Below are positions 50,029 to 63,611 of a stretch of 64,000 nt of DNA, piece by piece. This DNA comes from Veleropilina oligotropha (taxonomy: Eukaryota), in NCBI GenBank assembly GCA_048128005.1, contig JBEUKZ010000093.1, positions 434,001 through 498,000 of the forward strand, given 5' to 3'. Both the position numbers and the translations under genes were made by a program. Positions within the stretch are counted from its first letter, which is position 1. The number at the start of each line of letters is the position of its first letter. The notes under the pieces were generated by a model that was given only the letters and a program-made list of their open reading frames with translations, was not told the origin of the DNA and ran no database searches.

Positions 50029-53000
50029 TCACTGATTAGACGACCTCTGTCTAACAATACATCTTTGAGCAGCTACACACTGCAGACTGCTAAAACCATC
50101 AGCACCAGTGGAATAATCCCGCAGGTAATGCCTAACAAAGACATTTGCATTCTTCCAGTAACCTGCTTGAAGCAACGCTGAGATATTTAAGCTGTGTCGG
50201 AAGGCGATAGAAGCTGCAATTGCACGGACCTTGTGCGCGCGGACTGATAAAATAGTGCGGTCAACCTCTTCACAGCGAGAGTATATGTCTCTCACTACCT
50301 GTGAAATCCACCGCGAAACAGTCGTCTTCGTAATGTCGCGGGTATAAGAAGGTAAATACGAAATGAATAAACGTAGTTTTCCTTGCCGCATATCACGGGT
50401 CCTGTCGAGGTAATATCGCAGGGCACGCACGGGGCAGTTTAAGCGGTCTACATCGTGCCTTCCGACCAGCGTAAGCTTGGGGATAATGATATCGGGGGCG
50501 TCTTCGTTCGGCCGTTGATTCTTGGCGAGGAAACCCAAGATAGGACGCAGCATCACCGACCCGTCTGACTGGAAGCGAACGTCTCGTAGCTCTGCGGATA
50601 AACTATGAATTTCGGAACAACGCCTGCCCGACGCTAAGCCGATCAGAAAAACCGTTTTGTGCGTTAAGTTCCTCATAGACGCCGAGGACATAGGCTCGTA
50701 TGGGGGTAAGAGTAGAGCGTTAAGAATGAGAACGATGGTCCAGGCAGGCGGCCGTATGGTTCGGGTCGGAATTTCGAATTCGTAGAATCGTATAAAATCC
50801 GAAATCGTTCGATCGCTAGACAGACTAACATCCATGGGCACGGCACTGTTTTAACGTGGTCGCGACCGTTGCCCGATAGCCTTCGACGGCGGACACTGAC
50901 ATACCGCGTTCAAAGAGCGACGATAAAAACTCGATAAACTTGTTCACAGGGGGGGGGGGGGCGGAGAATATTGACCTGCCGGCTGTGACACCAATCCACA
51001 TACTTGACCCATCGGTAGTCATAAACTTTAGACGTGGAAAGCCTTCTCGATCGGTAGATGCGTAGGGCTGTTGCGCGAGAAAATCCTTTCTTAGCAAGGG
51101 ATCGTTCGATAACCGCCAGGCGTGTAAACGTAAGTCGTTCGGCGATGGGTGTAATACACGGCTGCGCGCCTGCATTAACAGGTCCGGTCTCTGCGGGAGC
51201 GCTAACGGTCGATCGACGATCAGATCGAGGAGGGTCGGAAACCAAGGTTGCGTGTGATACAGGGGCGCGATTAGCGTTATCTCGCAACGTTCGTTCGATG
51301 CCTTCTGTAGTACGAGTGTCAGGATGCACGACGGGGGGAAGGCATACGCGGACAGATTCTCCCATGTCATTGACAGCGCGCCGACCGCTAAGGCGGCCGG
51401 GTCCGGGTACGGGGAGACATACAGAGGTAGTCGGTGATTGAATTCTGTTGCAAACAGATCGACTTGGGGTTGTGACCACCGGCGACAAACGTCCCGAGCT
51501 ACTCGGCTGTGTAGCGTCCACTCTGTGTGGTCGTGGCTCAGTGGGTTGTTCACAGGACTCTGGTCACAGAGTCTCGAGTTCGCCCCCCAAGGCTCGACGA
51601 TTTCACTTGGGCAAGGAAATAAGCATATATTTGCCTCGGTCCACCCAGCCGATCTGAATGGGTACCTGGTTGGAAGTTATGTAAGTCACGGCGCTACCCG
51701 CGTGTAAATGACTGTAATGCTCCCAGAGGGAGTTGAGATGGCATATCGAGTGGAAAAGGCCCATAACCAGGGGTAATAATGTTCAGCGCATTGAGACACT
51801 AGCGTAATAATGCGCTATATAAGACCGGAGTATTATTATTATTATTATAATCTGTGATTTCCGAGAGAGCGAGTCCGCTCCGACATTCAGCTTTCCCGGG
51901 ATGTGTCGCGCTCGTATCGTCGAGTTGAGGGACATCACTAGGCGGTGTAGGTCGATTGCTCGGTCGCAAAGGGGACGCGAGCGAGTGCCGCCCTGGTGCT
52001 GAATGTAAGCGACGACAGTCGTGTTGTCCGTGGCGAGCATTATGTGCTTGTTGCGGAGATGTGACGAGAGGGACCGTACTGACAGGTAGACGGCTTCTAA
52101 CTCTAGGAAGTTGATGTGTCGTCCCTGAAGGTCCATCGGCCATAGGCCCGATGTCTCGTAACTGTCGAGGTGACCACCCCAGCCGTCGTTCGAAGCGTCT
52201 GTGAACAGGTAAGCGTTCGGCTCTGGCGGGGATATAGGAACCGACTGGCTCGGCAAAGCAGGGTTCAACCACACTGCTGTCGTGCGGGTAAACCAATGCC
52301 GAAGATCGATACAATCCGTCCACTGTCCCATCCGTTGTATCCAGCGATCTCTGAACGCCTGTTGTAACGGTCGTTTGTCCATTCGACCCGTCGGTAGCAG
52401 GGTCGCTACCGACTCGATGTGCCCCAGGACAGTGGCCAGTTGTCGCGCCGTAGTTATCTCCGATGACAGGGTGTCTTGAATAACCGCGCGTAGGTTCCGC
52501 ATACGTTTCTGGGTCGGTTTCGCGGTGTACCGGACCGTATCGAAGTCGACTCAGAGAAACGTAAACGTCGTCGAGGGCACGAAGCAGGATTTTGTCTCGT
52601 TGATCTGAAATCCCAGTCGCTTCGTCGATGACAGGGTAAAGCTCGTAGACTGGTGGCACAGATCCCGGGATGCCCCGAGGATCAGCCAGTCGTCGAGGTA
52701 CATATGTACCCTGTGCCCTAGAGAGTGTAGGAAGGCTCCGAGGGCCTGTACTGTTCTCGTGAAGATGTACGGGGCTGACGATAGACCGAACGGTAGGCAC
52801 CTGAATTGGTAGATCGTCTCCCCGTGTATAAACCGAAGGTACTGATGAGCCGTGATATGCATCGGGACATGCAGATACGCGTCGGTCAGATCGATAGACG
52901 CTGCCCAGTCGCCCGGACGGATGGCCGCTCATATCTTCGAAAGGGTTTCTTGCTGGAATTTCTCGGTGCGAAGATATCGGTTGAGATACGAGAGATCGAG

Positions 53001-55582
53001 GATCGGTCGCCAGCGGCCATCGGGTTTCGGGACCAGGAAGAAATGGCTGTAAAATCCTGGTGTGCTGGGCGGCGCGGGATATATTGCTCCTTTGAGGAGT
53101 AAGTCCCGCACTGCCTGGTCTAAGACCGCTTGCTTCTCTCCGTGCAGGAGGCGAGCGTGTCTTGGTGGTGGTGCCTCGGTTAGGGTCGGATGCCGGTTGA
53201 ATGCCAACTTGTATCCGGCACTCACGACTGAGTGGACCCAGCTGCTGTCTGTTAGATCTAGCCACGGCTGGCTGTACGCTAACAGACACGCTCCCACCGG
53301 CGGAAGCGGGCAGCTGGGACCGTCGCGAATGCCGGCAGCCCTAGGGCCGAGGCTTCCCTCTCCCGCTCTGACGGGATTTCGTTGGAGGTGCTTGCCTCCT
53401 CTGAGTGGGTTTACTGGCCGGAGGCCTACCACCAGAAGAGGGCCTTGCACGCTTGGAAGGCTTCGGGGTCCGGGTGGGCCCTGAACGCTTCCTCGAGTCG
53501 GCGGGTGGACCCGGGGGGGTGCAGCACCGCCTTCTCGATGGCACGGTCTTTCAGGTCCGCCGCTCTCTTGTCGACGAATTCCGAGAAATTGTCGCCAAAA
53601 AGAGTGGTGGCCGAGCAAGGCACGCATCGCAATGAATGCCGGGTGGCTTCATCTAGCGAGGTGCCTTCCAGGCAAGCATCCCTACGAAGTAGGAGTGCGT
53701 TGCCCAGGACACGTCCCGTCTCCAACGCGCTGGTCTCCATCACGGCAGCAACCTCCTGGAGGTAGAACAGGGCTGCCTCACGGGCGCCGGGTCCTTCCTC
53801 CTGTAGTACGGCTATCGCCCCGTCTAGGAAAAAATCCTGAACGGACGACAGCCGCAGAGCCCGTCGGGCGGCGCTCTCGAAAGATTCCAAGGCGGACCAA
53901 GGAACTTTCGCCACAGAGGGAGTGTGACTGGCGGTCAGTCGACGCATCGCTGCGTCGACACGAGCCGGCTCAGTCGCCAGGCACGGACCAGTACACGCGA
54001 ACGGGATCGAACGCGAACTGGCCCGGAGGTACCTCCCACTACGGAACCCCGAAGGGAACTCGGTCAGCGGGGAGGACTCCACCGGATTGCGCCCCTGTAT
54101 GAGCTTGGTTGTCCAGTCGACCACCAGATCAACCAGCCCAGACTGAGGTAAGGAAGGAAGCAAGGGGGCTTCCTTCTCAACAAACCGATGTGCTGCCGTC
54201 CTGTGCTTGACCGAGCCTACGTCCGACCGAGTCGGTTCCGGCATGCCAAGCACCCCGCGAAGTGATGCAACGGCGTCTAGCCTTCGGCGGGTGGTGGAGG
54301 TCGGCTCCTGCGCGCCTGAAAGACTACCGTCTTCGGGCCCGACAGATTCAGGGAGGTCGGAGTGAGTAGAGTCGAGGTCCTCGTCGGAACGAGGGTCGAT
54401 CTCCATCACGGAGGCAGGAGCCGTGCTCTGCGCCACGGGCAGAGGTGTAGGGAACTGGAGCGGCTGGGAAGCCGGTTGCCAGGCCTTACATCGGGACTCG
54501 AACTCCGCCGCGAACATAGCCTGGAAGTTCTCGTAAGAGAAACCCGGAGGCATGACGGGCGTCGAACTAACAGCCGGTAGTTCTGTCGAGGTTACCGTGG
54601 CGCAAGGTAGACGGGCTGCACGGACAGGCGGAGCCGAGAACCAGGGTCTCGGGCCACCTGTCGAGCGGTCGTACCCGAAAGAATGGCCCGAAGGCGCATT
54701 CAGTGGGCCGGGCGACCTGTAGGACTGCGGCCACAGTCCGTACTGGTCTACCGCTTTGTTCGAGCGAGGCACGGTCGGGTCACCGTAAAACCGCTGCCCG
54801 AACGCAGCCGGTCTGTCCACGTTATCTAGCGTGACCACGGAGGGTGCACGGGAGAGAACGGGCCCTCTGAAAACGTCGCGAGCTCCGAGGTTGAGCGGAA
54901 AAACCCAAGGGTTAGTCGCATCGGTCTCGGACGAGGTTTCAGGTGTCGCCAATTGTCCGGATCTTAGACCATCGTAATGGTGTCCGGCCTCTTGATTGGC
55001 TTTCTCATTGGGTTGCTCTCCGTCGTTAAACGGAGAGTTTCCCGCAGAAGGACTAACGTATCCCGTATTCTTCGAGGCCGAAGAATAGGATGGGGATCGT
55101 CTGCCCTGTTCAGCGGTTCACTGCGCTGCCAGATATACCTTGCTAGCCGGCAAGGTATGGTTGGCTGCAGTTACTAGGCCCGTTTGAGGAGGATCGGACA
55201 GCGCTCGGGCTCCTACCTGAATCTGGGATCCCGGCAAGGTTTCGCCGACTCCCCCATGAGTCGCGGAGGTTTCACCGGTAGATCCGGCTACAGACGATAC
55301 CTTAGGTCGACTGCCGTCCAGCGTCCCTGAAGCAGACAAAGAAGAAACGTTATCCCTTAACTTACCAATCTCTTCCTGTCCCTTCTCCGGGGGAGGACCC
55401 ACCGTGGCGGCCGCCCTGGTCGGCTTCCCCGGTGGGAAAAGAATCGCCCACTGCCTCTCTGTCAAAACTAAGCACAGTTCACTTTGGTACAACTTACTGC
55501 AATTACGGTGAACGCGGCATTCCGTGTGCTTATCAAATCCGTGAATCTTCTGGTTACACCCGGAGTTGCTGCACCGGACCAT
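50029..55582 (-). pseudogene. Copy D gag / RT-RH-MTase / YR
   Basis: YLDD, FTDAS, DLFA, GRRCSE, HKVR and VRHY motifs. Premature stop in RT at 52929, several frameshifts and a SINE insertion. Confidence 0.9.
51530..51845 (+). mobile_element. SINE family 2 inserted in copy D pol
   Basis: Near-identical to 36495-36814; interrupts the QII|HTEW coding sequence. Confidence 0.9.
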
Positions 55583-56530
55583 AGCTGAATACACGGGGGG
55601 GGGGGGGGGGGGTGGTAGTGGGTGTACGGGGTAGTTAAACAAGTATATGTTTGGTAGTTGTGACTTTTACTACTACAACTCTTTAAATTGCCCTAATCTG
55701 AAGATCAAAGATCAGGCGATATACCGCAAAATAACCCCGAACTGGGAACACCGAGGCCGGGTAATAAACCCGGCAAATAGACTAAACAAACGGGGGTTCT
55801 TTCTTAGAAAAAACCCGCCCAAGAAAACACCTGAAAACCTCGTGGATGTTTTTAAGTTAGTACGGTGGCGTATTATCCCAGTAACGGCAGGATATCAGAA
55901 TAACTAAAGTTGATATCTAAACAATCCTGCCTTTTTAACGACGCTAAATATTTAAACAATAGTTACCAGCAATAAGCGTCGTTAAGGAATTATCTAATAT
56001 AATGAGTTACCTTGTTTGCAGTCTCAAACAATATCAGATAAATATACCGACCAGAAATTTCTTCTACACACGAAACTTCCCCTCTGAGCGGCCCTTGCTT
56101 TTCTCGGCAACGGCGGCGATGTCGATTTCACCAAACTCCAACTTTTCCTCGAAGTTAGTTTTCAGTACCAATCTTCCTTCTATATCACTGATGTATCACT
56201 CCAGGTATATTCCAGTGCTTATAACTTGTTGTTTTAAGAGTTATAAGTCTTATTTAGATCTATATGCGGACAATTTGCGGAGCAAAGCAAAACACGTTTT
56301 TCCGTGATGGCGGAAAACTTTGAATTGAGGTCTTGTGACTTTGAGGGCTCGGATATCTCGCGAGACTTGGCGAGATCTCGCCGGGGGAACTTAGAGAGGG
56401 GGATCAGGGGAGGTAATCGTAGTGTTTTGACTTAATAAGTGCATAAATGTGACTTTATTCACTGTTTCCGGTTGGCGATAATATGACTATTATGGCAAGT
56501 GTAAGGACGTAAGTATGTTTGTAACTACAT

Positions 56531-56722
56531 TTGATGTTTAACGACCACGCCAACAGTATTTCAGTTATAAATCGGGTCAATCAACTTTGATTGATGAAAT
56601 AAAGTGGTGCTGTGTGCAATGGAGGCAGCGATCATTGTAAAACTCCCCGGCTCTCCCGGGGCTTGAACCGTGACCTCCTGTTTAGTAGACCAGCACCGAA
56701 TGCACTTGGCCACGCTGCCCCC
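56531..56722 (-). mobile_element. SINE family 3; its (GAT)n tail lies at 48828-48839 on the far side of DIRS D
   Basis: Minus strand has a tRNA-like head (ggggcagcgtggccaagtg..ggttcaagccc) and the tail ..ataactgaaatactgttgg..gttaaacatcaa. Confidence 0.85.
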
Positions 56723-57926
56723 GTGTCAAAAATGTATCTAGTCATGAAGTTGAACGTGATGGGAGCAAAAACAAAAACACACTGTAGTACAGCACATTGT
56801 ACCATATAACGCATTGTACCATATAACGCAATGACATGAATGATGGATTTGCCAGGATAAAAATGCTATGAAAGGATATATTTAAGCCGTTGTTAATTTA
56901 AGCTATTTTTTGTAGTCGTTTAGACTTGGGAGAATGGCCATCAAGCTTATCAAAGGATACGGCTAGCGCTGAAGTCATCTATACACGTAACCATTCTAGC
57001 TAGGGACAAGTCGAAAGTTTATTATGAGATGATGATGATGGAAAATCGAAGAATACAGCCACCATATATACAGGAAGCTGCTTGATGAAAGATATCAATT
57101 CTTATATAATATTATGCATACAAGGAGACCGACCCGACACGATTGGACGCTATTGTAATTACGTATCAAGAAGAAGTATTTGTGCATAGACTTCAAGAGT
57201 GCGTCAGTTATAGCAGACTAGAGTTATCAGCAATAGTAAAATTGTATAAATAAATATTTGTTTATATTCTTAAAAAGTTGTGTCATCAATTAATCTTTTA
57301 CACCATCAGGTTCTCGGTCGTTACTACTTGGTCATTGGTATTCTTGCCGTTGTTATGTTGTGCACACGATCTAATGATATCGGGACATGCCACTTTATCA
57401 CTGGAAGTCCAATCACCCGGAAAAACTCGCTCGCACCGAACCGTTACGGATACTATTATGTTAATGTCCAGAACAGAGTGCCCAGCCGAGTAAGTATTTG
57501 AATGCACTCCCTTGAATCAGAACAGTCATGTGAATGAATTGAGAGCCATGCTCTTATTCATTACCAGTGGGTGACCAACTGTCCCTAGTTATTATGAGTT
57601 GTTTTACAATCATAGGTTAAAAATCACATATTTGAACAAAACAATGGAAAGCCAGCTGACACCCAGATTGAGATACCTATTTTTCTGTCAACAAACAAGT
57701 GTGACCCTTGTATTTCTGGACTATATAGAATGTAGAGTGTTCAGTATTCTAGCGATGTGCCCCATCGGATGGACAGTGGTTCTTTCCTTCTTTTTGTCTT
57801 CCAAATTGAATAATACCCCATGACATTGGCAGTGATGCTATGAGTAGAGCTGGTGTTGTTGCCATATGCATCCGCGTGAGATAAAGTAGTTCTTACATTT
57901 GATACTGTTTGACGGCCTTCATGATG

Positions 57927-58185
57927 AGGCCGCTTCGGCAGCGCAGTGGGTAGTGTCCACTCTAACTTCACTGGCTTGATTCCGCTAATGCGAACAGTAG
58001 TGGGTTCAATACCTGGATGAGGCATTGAAATTTGTTCAAGTTATGAATCACAGTTGTCCGTGACTGGCCGAAGAGGGCAGGTTTACCCGGGCGACCGGGG
58101 TTTCCTCCCGCGATAACACGGACATGTCCTGCCTTGAACCTCGATGTTGTAAATATACAGGACATTAAGCATCATTCCTCCCTCC
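57927..58185 (+). mobile_element. tRNA-derived SINE family 1
   Basis: ggcagcgcagtggg A-box, gggttcaatacc B-box and ccgggcgaccggggtttcctccc core. Four or more relatives in the window. Confidence 0.88.
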
Positions 58186-58492
58186 CCTTCATGATGATTG
58201 TTTTTATAAGTTTTAAGAGAAAACTAGGTCAAATATAGCTGGAAGTTAGCAGTAAATATCATGATTGTTTGTTTTTAAATGTACCGCATGATTTTTAAAT
58301 GATTAATTTTATTGGTTTACTTTGGATGTATCAATCAAGGTAGTTTATAACAGGTGAATTCTAATGAGCTTTACCTGATAAATACATTCCATGATAATAT
58401 GGCATGACCAAGTATGATATCAGATGTCTTAAAAAAGGAAATATAAATTTTCAGACAGAAACAGGGCTTAGAATTCAGGTAAAGAAACTTAA

Positions 58493-59484
58493 CCCTTTGA
58501 ACATTGAGCCCCCTATAAATTCAGCTGACTCACCCTGGTTTCCCTGACGAAAAACATGAAACATTGAAATTTGAATATTCGTAGTTTTTGACCCCACCAA
58601 TATATTTGCAAGTATTTGCCAACACATAAATCGCACTAAAACGTAGAGGCATGGTTCGTTGGCATTATATATGACATGGGAAGATAATTCCGCCAGTCGA
58701 GTTACAGAGAGTTTACATTTATAAGTATTAGATTATATGGCATCCAGAAACTTATCTTTGGTCAATTGTAATTGATTACTAAATGTTTGCCGAAGTTATC
58801 TCCAATATTTAACTTTATGATGCCAATGAAACCAGCACCTGATTTAAACACTCAATAATGTTTCACATAGCACACACCAGTATATTGACTTTGTCCTGCA
58901 ATAAACTAATATCTTCGAGTGGAGTATTTTCCATATTATCGATCCGGTTACCAAATATTTTATATTCTGGCTGTTCTTTTGGTCAAATTATTGTCGCTCA
59001 TTGAAACCTGTAGCGTCCCTGGTTCTGGAGGTTACCGGTCTTCCCCTACCCCCCCCCCCCGACTCTATTGCGACCACGTCCCGGAACCCAATCACGCACA
59101 CGTCCATGACACACACACCCAATAACATTTGGTATATCAGTGGGTTCACTAGCCGCCACATGTATAGGCTGAACACTGTATTTCTGTCACGGTAATTGCC
59201 ATAATTAGTATCGTCCATAGTTTATTCATCTGAACACATCACTTGCGTTAACACCTCTCCCACTGTATACACTTTGCTATATATTTCACACATACTAGTA
59301 CCTAGTAGACGAAAATAAATACCCATCAAACTACTTCAGGAGATAATTAGAACCAAACACCATGAGTAACATGGTTGTTGATTGGACAGAAATCATCTAT
59401 TGCCAACAAAATGTGGTGGCCGGCCTGTCGGGTGTATGTGAGTTGCAGCAAAGGTCGTTAAGCCGGCCTCTAGGGTTCAAAGGG
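58493..59484. mobile_element. piggyBac-type non-autonomous element
   Basis: TTAA|ccctttgaac ... gttcaaaggg|TTAA: a 10-bp TIR with CCC/GGG ends and a TTAA duplication. Confidence 0.75.
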
Positions 59485-60479
59485 TTAACAAGTGTGTACG
59501 ATTTCCAACAAACATGCATTCGATTAAATATCTTATTTGAATGAAAAGTTTAATTTAAAGACTACATCAACAATTTTTCAGTATGAAATCAGGTCAATCG
59601 AATTTGAATGATAAAATGAATTGACCCTGCATGTGTGAAATGGAGGAAAATATTTTGGCACGCACATGATCGAACATAAACGTGGATCCAGTGTCATAAC
59701 CAGCAATCTGAAACAGAGCAGTAAGTATACTAAAGGAAATGAAATGAGGGAGATAATATTCCTACTGTGCCACAGAGACAATTCTTATTTCGTCGTGGAT
59801 TCTCAATTTCTACACAACATCAAATACTGAAGACATGGTGTTTATCGCCGCTTTCAGTTGAGACAAAATATATGCATAATATTTCTTAACAGATTTATAT
59901 CCAGATTGGTAAATGTCCTGACCAACCATTCTGAATGGAGTTTTACATTATTTTCTTAAAATTCAAACCCTGGGTAAAACTGTCGTCGACAGTGCAACTG
60001 CTAGAGCATCGGAAACGGTAAGATGTGGGTTCAAACCACCGCTCCAGCATGGCTTAAAGAAACTATTGCTCGTAAATGTGCCATTTTCGTGACTGTGTAG
60101 CATGACTGATCACCCTCTATCGCAGGGTTCGCGGATTGATACAAATTTCGCAAAGATATGATCATTATTATTGTAACTGAACAATATATATTATTGTCAA
60201 GTAGAAAGCTATCTTACTTGACGAGCAGAAATCTACGCAACTGTGCTCCAACTATACCAATTGAAAATGTCACTCGGTGCGAGGTAATTAAAAGCGAGAC
60301 AGATTTGAATTGTGGCTGGAAACAGAAATTCAGATAAACTCATAGTGACTTGAGCATTTTCCCCAGCATGGGCGTCGGAACCGGTCCGGTTGCGGATATT
60401 TGTCATGGGCGGATCCAGGGAGGAGGGTTCAGGGGTCAGTAACAATTTTGCAGTGATCACTGCCCACTGTTAGTATCCT

Positions 60480-63296
60480 TGACCTTGGAAAAAACCCAGT
60501 CAATGTGTTATAAAAGAAAAATCTGGAATTATAAGTTGGCCAACTTTGAATGTTTCTCGGACAAAATTATAAACTTTCCTTGGGAAACCTAATGTTTGAG
60601 GAACCAGACACAGACCTCCTTTGCTCCAAATTTACAGATTCATTAAAAAAAATTATGGAACACTATTCCATCTAAGATTATAACAATAAGGCCAACTGAT
60701 AAACCCTGGTTTAACAGCGAAATCAGACGTTGGATGCGTACGCGAAACAGATCTCATGTGCGTTGTAAAGCCGTTAATTCAGAAGCCTTGTGGACTAAAT
60801 TTACAAGATTAAGGAATAAAGTAGTTAATCTAGTGAGACTTGCCAAAAATGATTACAACGAACAAATATATAACCAACTAAATACACCAAATAATAATTC
60901 GAAACCTTGGTGGAAACTTCTCAAATCTGTGTACGGGCCACGACCAAAAGAATCCTTAAATCACATTAAGAATAAACAAAATATAATTATTTCTGATAGT
61001 AAAACCATCGCTAATATATTAAACCAAAATTTCAGCGAGATATCTTCAATTGATGAGAGTAATGCTGATATTCCCATTCTAGACGCTAAAACAGCAAATA
61101 CGTTAGGTAGAATCACTATAACTGAAGAAGATGTGGATAGTGCTTTAAAAACAATGAACCATGGCAAGGCATCGGGACCTGATGGCATTAATGCCACCGT
61201 GTAACATAATACTAAGAGTACGTACCTCACTCTGTCGTCCTCTATGTTCCCTATTTAACGTATGTCTGGATCGCGAAAAATTTCCAACAATTTGGAAACA
61301 GGCTCATGTAATTCCAATTTTCAAAAAAGGTGATACATGTGAACCTAGTAATTATAGACCTATTTATTTAACTAGTCATCTTGGAAAATTATTCGAAAAA
61401 GTAATATTCAAGCACGTATACATGCATCTTGTAACTAATAATTTGATATACCCATTTCAGTCGGGTTTTTTACCTGGCCATTGCACATCATATCAGTTAC
61501 TTGAGATCTATAACAAAATTATGTCCGAAATTGATAAGGGAAATTGTGTAACCAGCATTTACTGTGATATATCCCAAGCATTTGACAGGGTGTGGCACAC
61601 GGGGCTACTAGTCAAATTAACTTCATACGGTATAACCGGAAGGTTGCATAGTTGGTTTACAGACTACCTATCAAACAGATCGCAGCGTGTCTGTGTTAAT
61701 AACATTTTGTCCGAATCACTCCCAATTAAGGCAGGTGTTCCACAAGGATCCGTTTTGGAACCACTTTTGTTTTTACTTTACATTAATGACATTGTTAACG
61801 GCTTATCAGGTGATCCAAGACTGTATGCCGATGACACCTCTTTGTTTTACCCCCACTTACCAACCTCTAATATGGATATAATCATTAATAACGATTTGTC
61901 AGTTCAAGATTACACAGTGGGCCAAACGTTGGTTAGTAAATTTTAATGCATCCAAAACAGAATGCTTAATAATATCTCGATCAAATGATACCAGGATTCC
62001 CGACATTAAAATGGATAACGAACCACTTAAATTAGTCGATACGCATAAACACTTAGGACTTATGATTAATAGCAAAGGGTCGTGGAAGGATCACATCAAC
62101 GACATGCTAACGAAATGTTCAAAACTGATTGGTTTACTGAGAACTTTTAAATTTAAGCTAAATAGGAAAACCCTAAGAATAATTTACCTCTCATTTATAC
62201 GTCCTCGTTTAGAATATTGTTCGGTGGTATGGGATAATTGTACACAATATGACGCTGATAGGATAGAGAAACTCCAGAATGAAGCCATTCGAATTATCAC
62301 AGGCCTTCCCCATTACTGTACGTTAAATATTATGAGATGCGAAGTTGCTTTTCCAACCCTCCAAATATGACGTTGAAACCAACGTTTATGTCTTTTTAAT
62401 AAAATAATGAATAGAACATGCCCGCCATACCTACATATGCTTCTTCCCCCTACCATTGGACAGCTGTCTCGTTACTCTACAAGAAATAGCAATATCCTAG
62501 CCGTCCCTCATACCAGAACTGAATTGTATAAAAGAACTTTTATCCCTCAAACTACTAATGATCGGAATTCTCTTCCAATTAATGTTAGAGAATCTAGGTC
62601 ACTTCTTATTTTCAAAAGATTAATCTCAGAAAATATTCCATACATGCCAAATTTTTCGACTTTGAACTAGATCGTAAAACGGCAATTTTGCAATGCAAAA
62701 TTCGTAACAACTGCATGCAGTAACCTATCTGGTGACCTCTACATTAATCACATTACTGACAACCCATGTTGTCCTTGTGGTTTTTCTATTGAAAACGCCG
62801 AGCACTATTTCCTATATTGCCCATTATATAATTGTATACAACAAATATTCCTAAACAATCTTGGGAATAATAATTCAACGGACACAATCCTCTATGGTAA
62901 ACCAAACCTGAATCTGGAGTATCTTGAAAACAGTACAAATATTTATTAAATCATCAAAGCGCTTTAATTAATTAAGTTAAACCTGTTTGTCTCCACAAAT
63001 ATTTTGTATTATTGTGTATACCTTATATTTGCTTCATTCCTGTCATTGTCAGAATAATCCTTTCTCTCTTACATTTGTTACTTATAGGGATCTAAATGCC
63101 TAAATATTCATGATATTATATATGTTAATGCTGCTTGCAAATATTCATATTGAGAAATGACTTATATAGGCTTCAGTCCTGTTATCAAATCGCAACATTC
63201 TTCTAAAGCTTGAATGTTATTATGTATCATACTAAATGTATTATGTGTATTATTTATGATCCTATGAAAATTAAATAAAAATATTTTTCAATCAAT
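60480..63296 (+). mobile_element. 5'-truncated non-LTR retrotransposon (CR1/L2-like group), frameshifted ORF2
   Basis: Motifs KPWF, SGPDGI, NYRPI, QSGF, DISQAFDRVWH, GVPQGS, YADD, HLG, RPRLEY and C-terminal CPCG..ENAEHYFLYCP. AT-rich 3' UTR with aataaa. Confidence 0.9.
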
Positions 63297-63611
63297 GGTT
63301 AGAAATATGGCATTTTGCACTGTCAGAATGCAGGAAAGACTCGGGTTTCACATTGTCAAAATTTCCTCCCCCCGCCCCCCATGCAGATTATGTTAGAATA
63401 CCCCGTATCTTACTAATATGTATTGTAGTAAAACGAAATACCGTCATTGCATAGGAGAGTGGTAGGCCTACCATTCCCTTCATAACATTCACCAGCCCAA
63501 TGCCAATTTGCTTCCAACGTCCCTGCCCAGTGACAGGCGCATTTATGAATTTTAATACCGTAGCGTAATAGTCAAGAGTGACGAGTCGACGTACGATGTA
63601 GAATCGGTAAC

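Larger units (their letters stand above)
48840..56530 (-). mobile_element. DIRS1-like YR retrotransposon copy D, full length, with nested SINE
   Basis: ITRs at ~48872-49076 and 56316-56520. ICR at 49139-49227 reproduces the end-to-end junction (cctcat|atgtag). gag 55582-53341, pol and YR (stop at 50029) are all frameshifted. Confidence 0.96.

Noticed and set aside
57927..58020. tRNA genes at SINE heads
   Set aside because: A/B boxes are present, but I see no complete cloverleaf and they continue into multi-copy SINE bodies.
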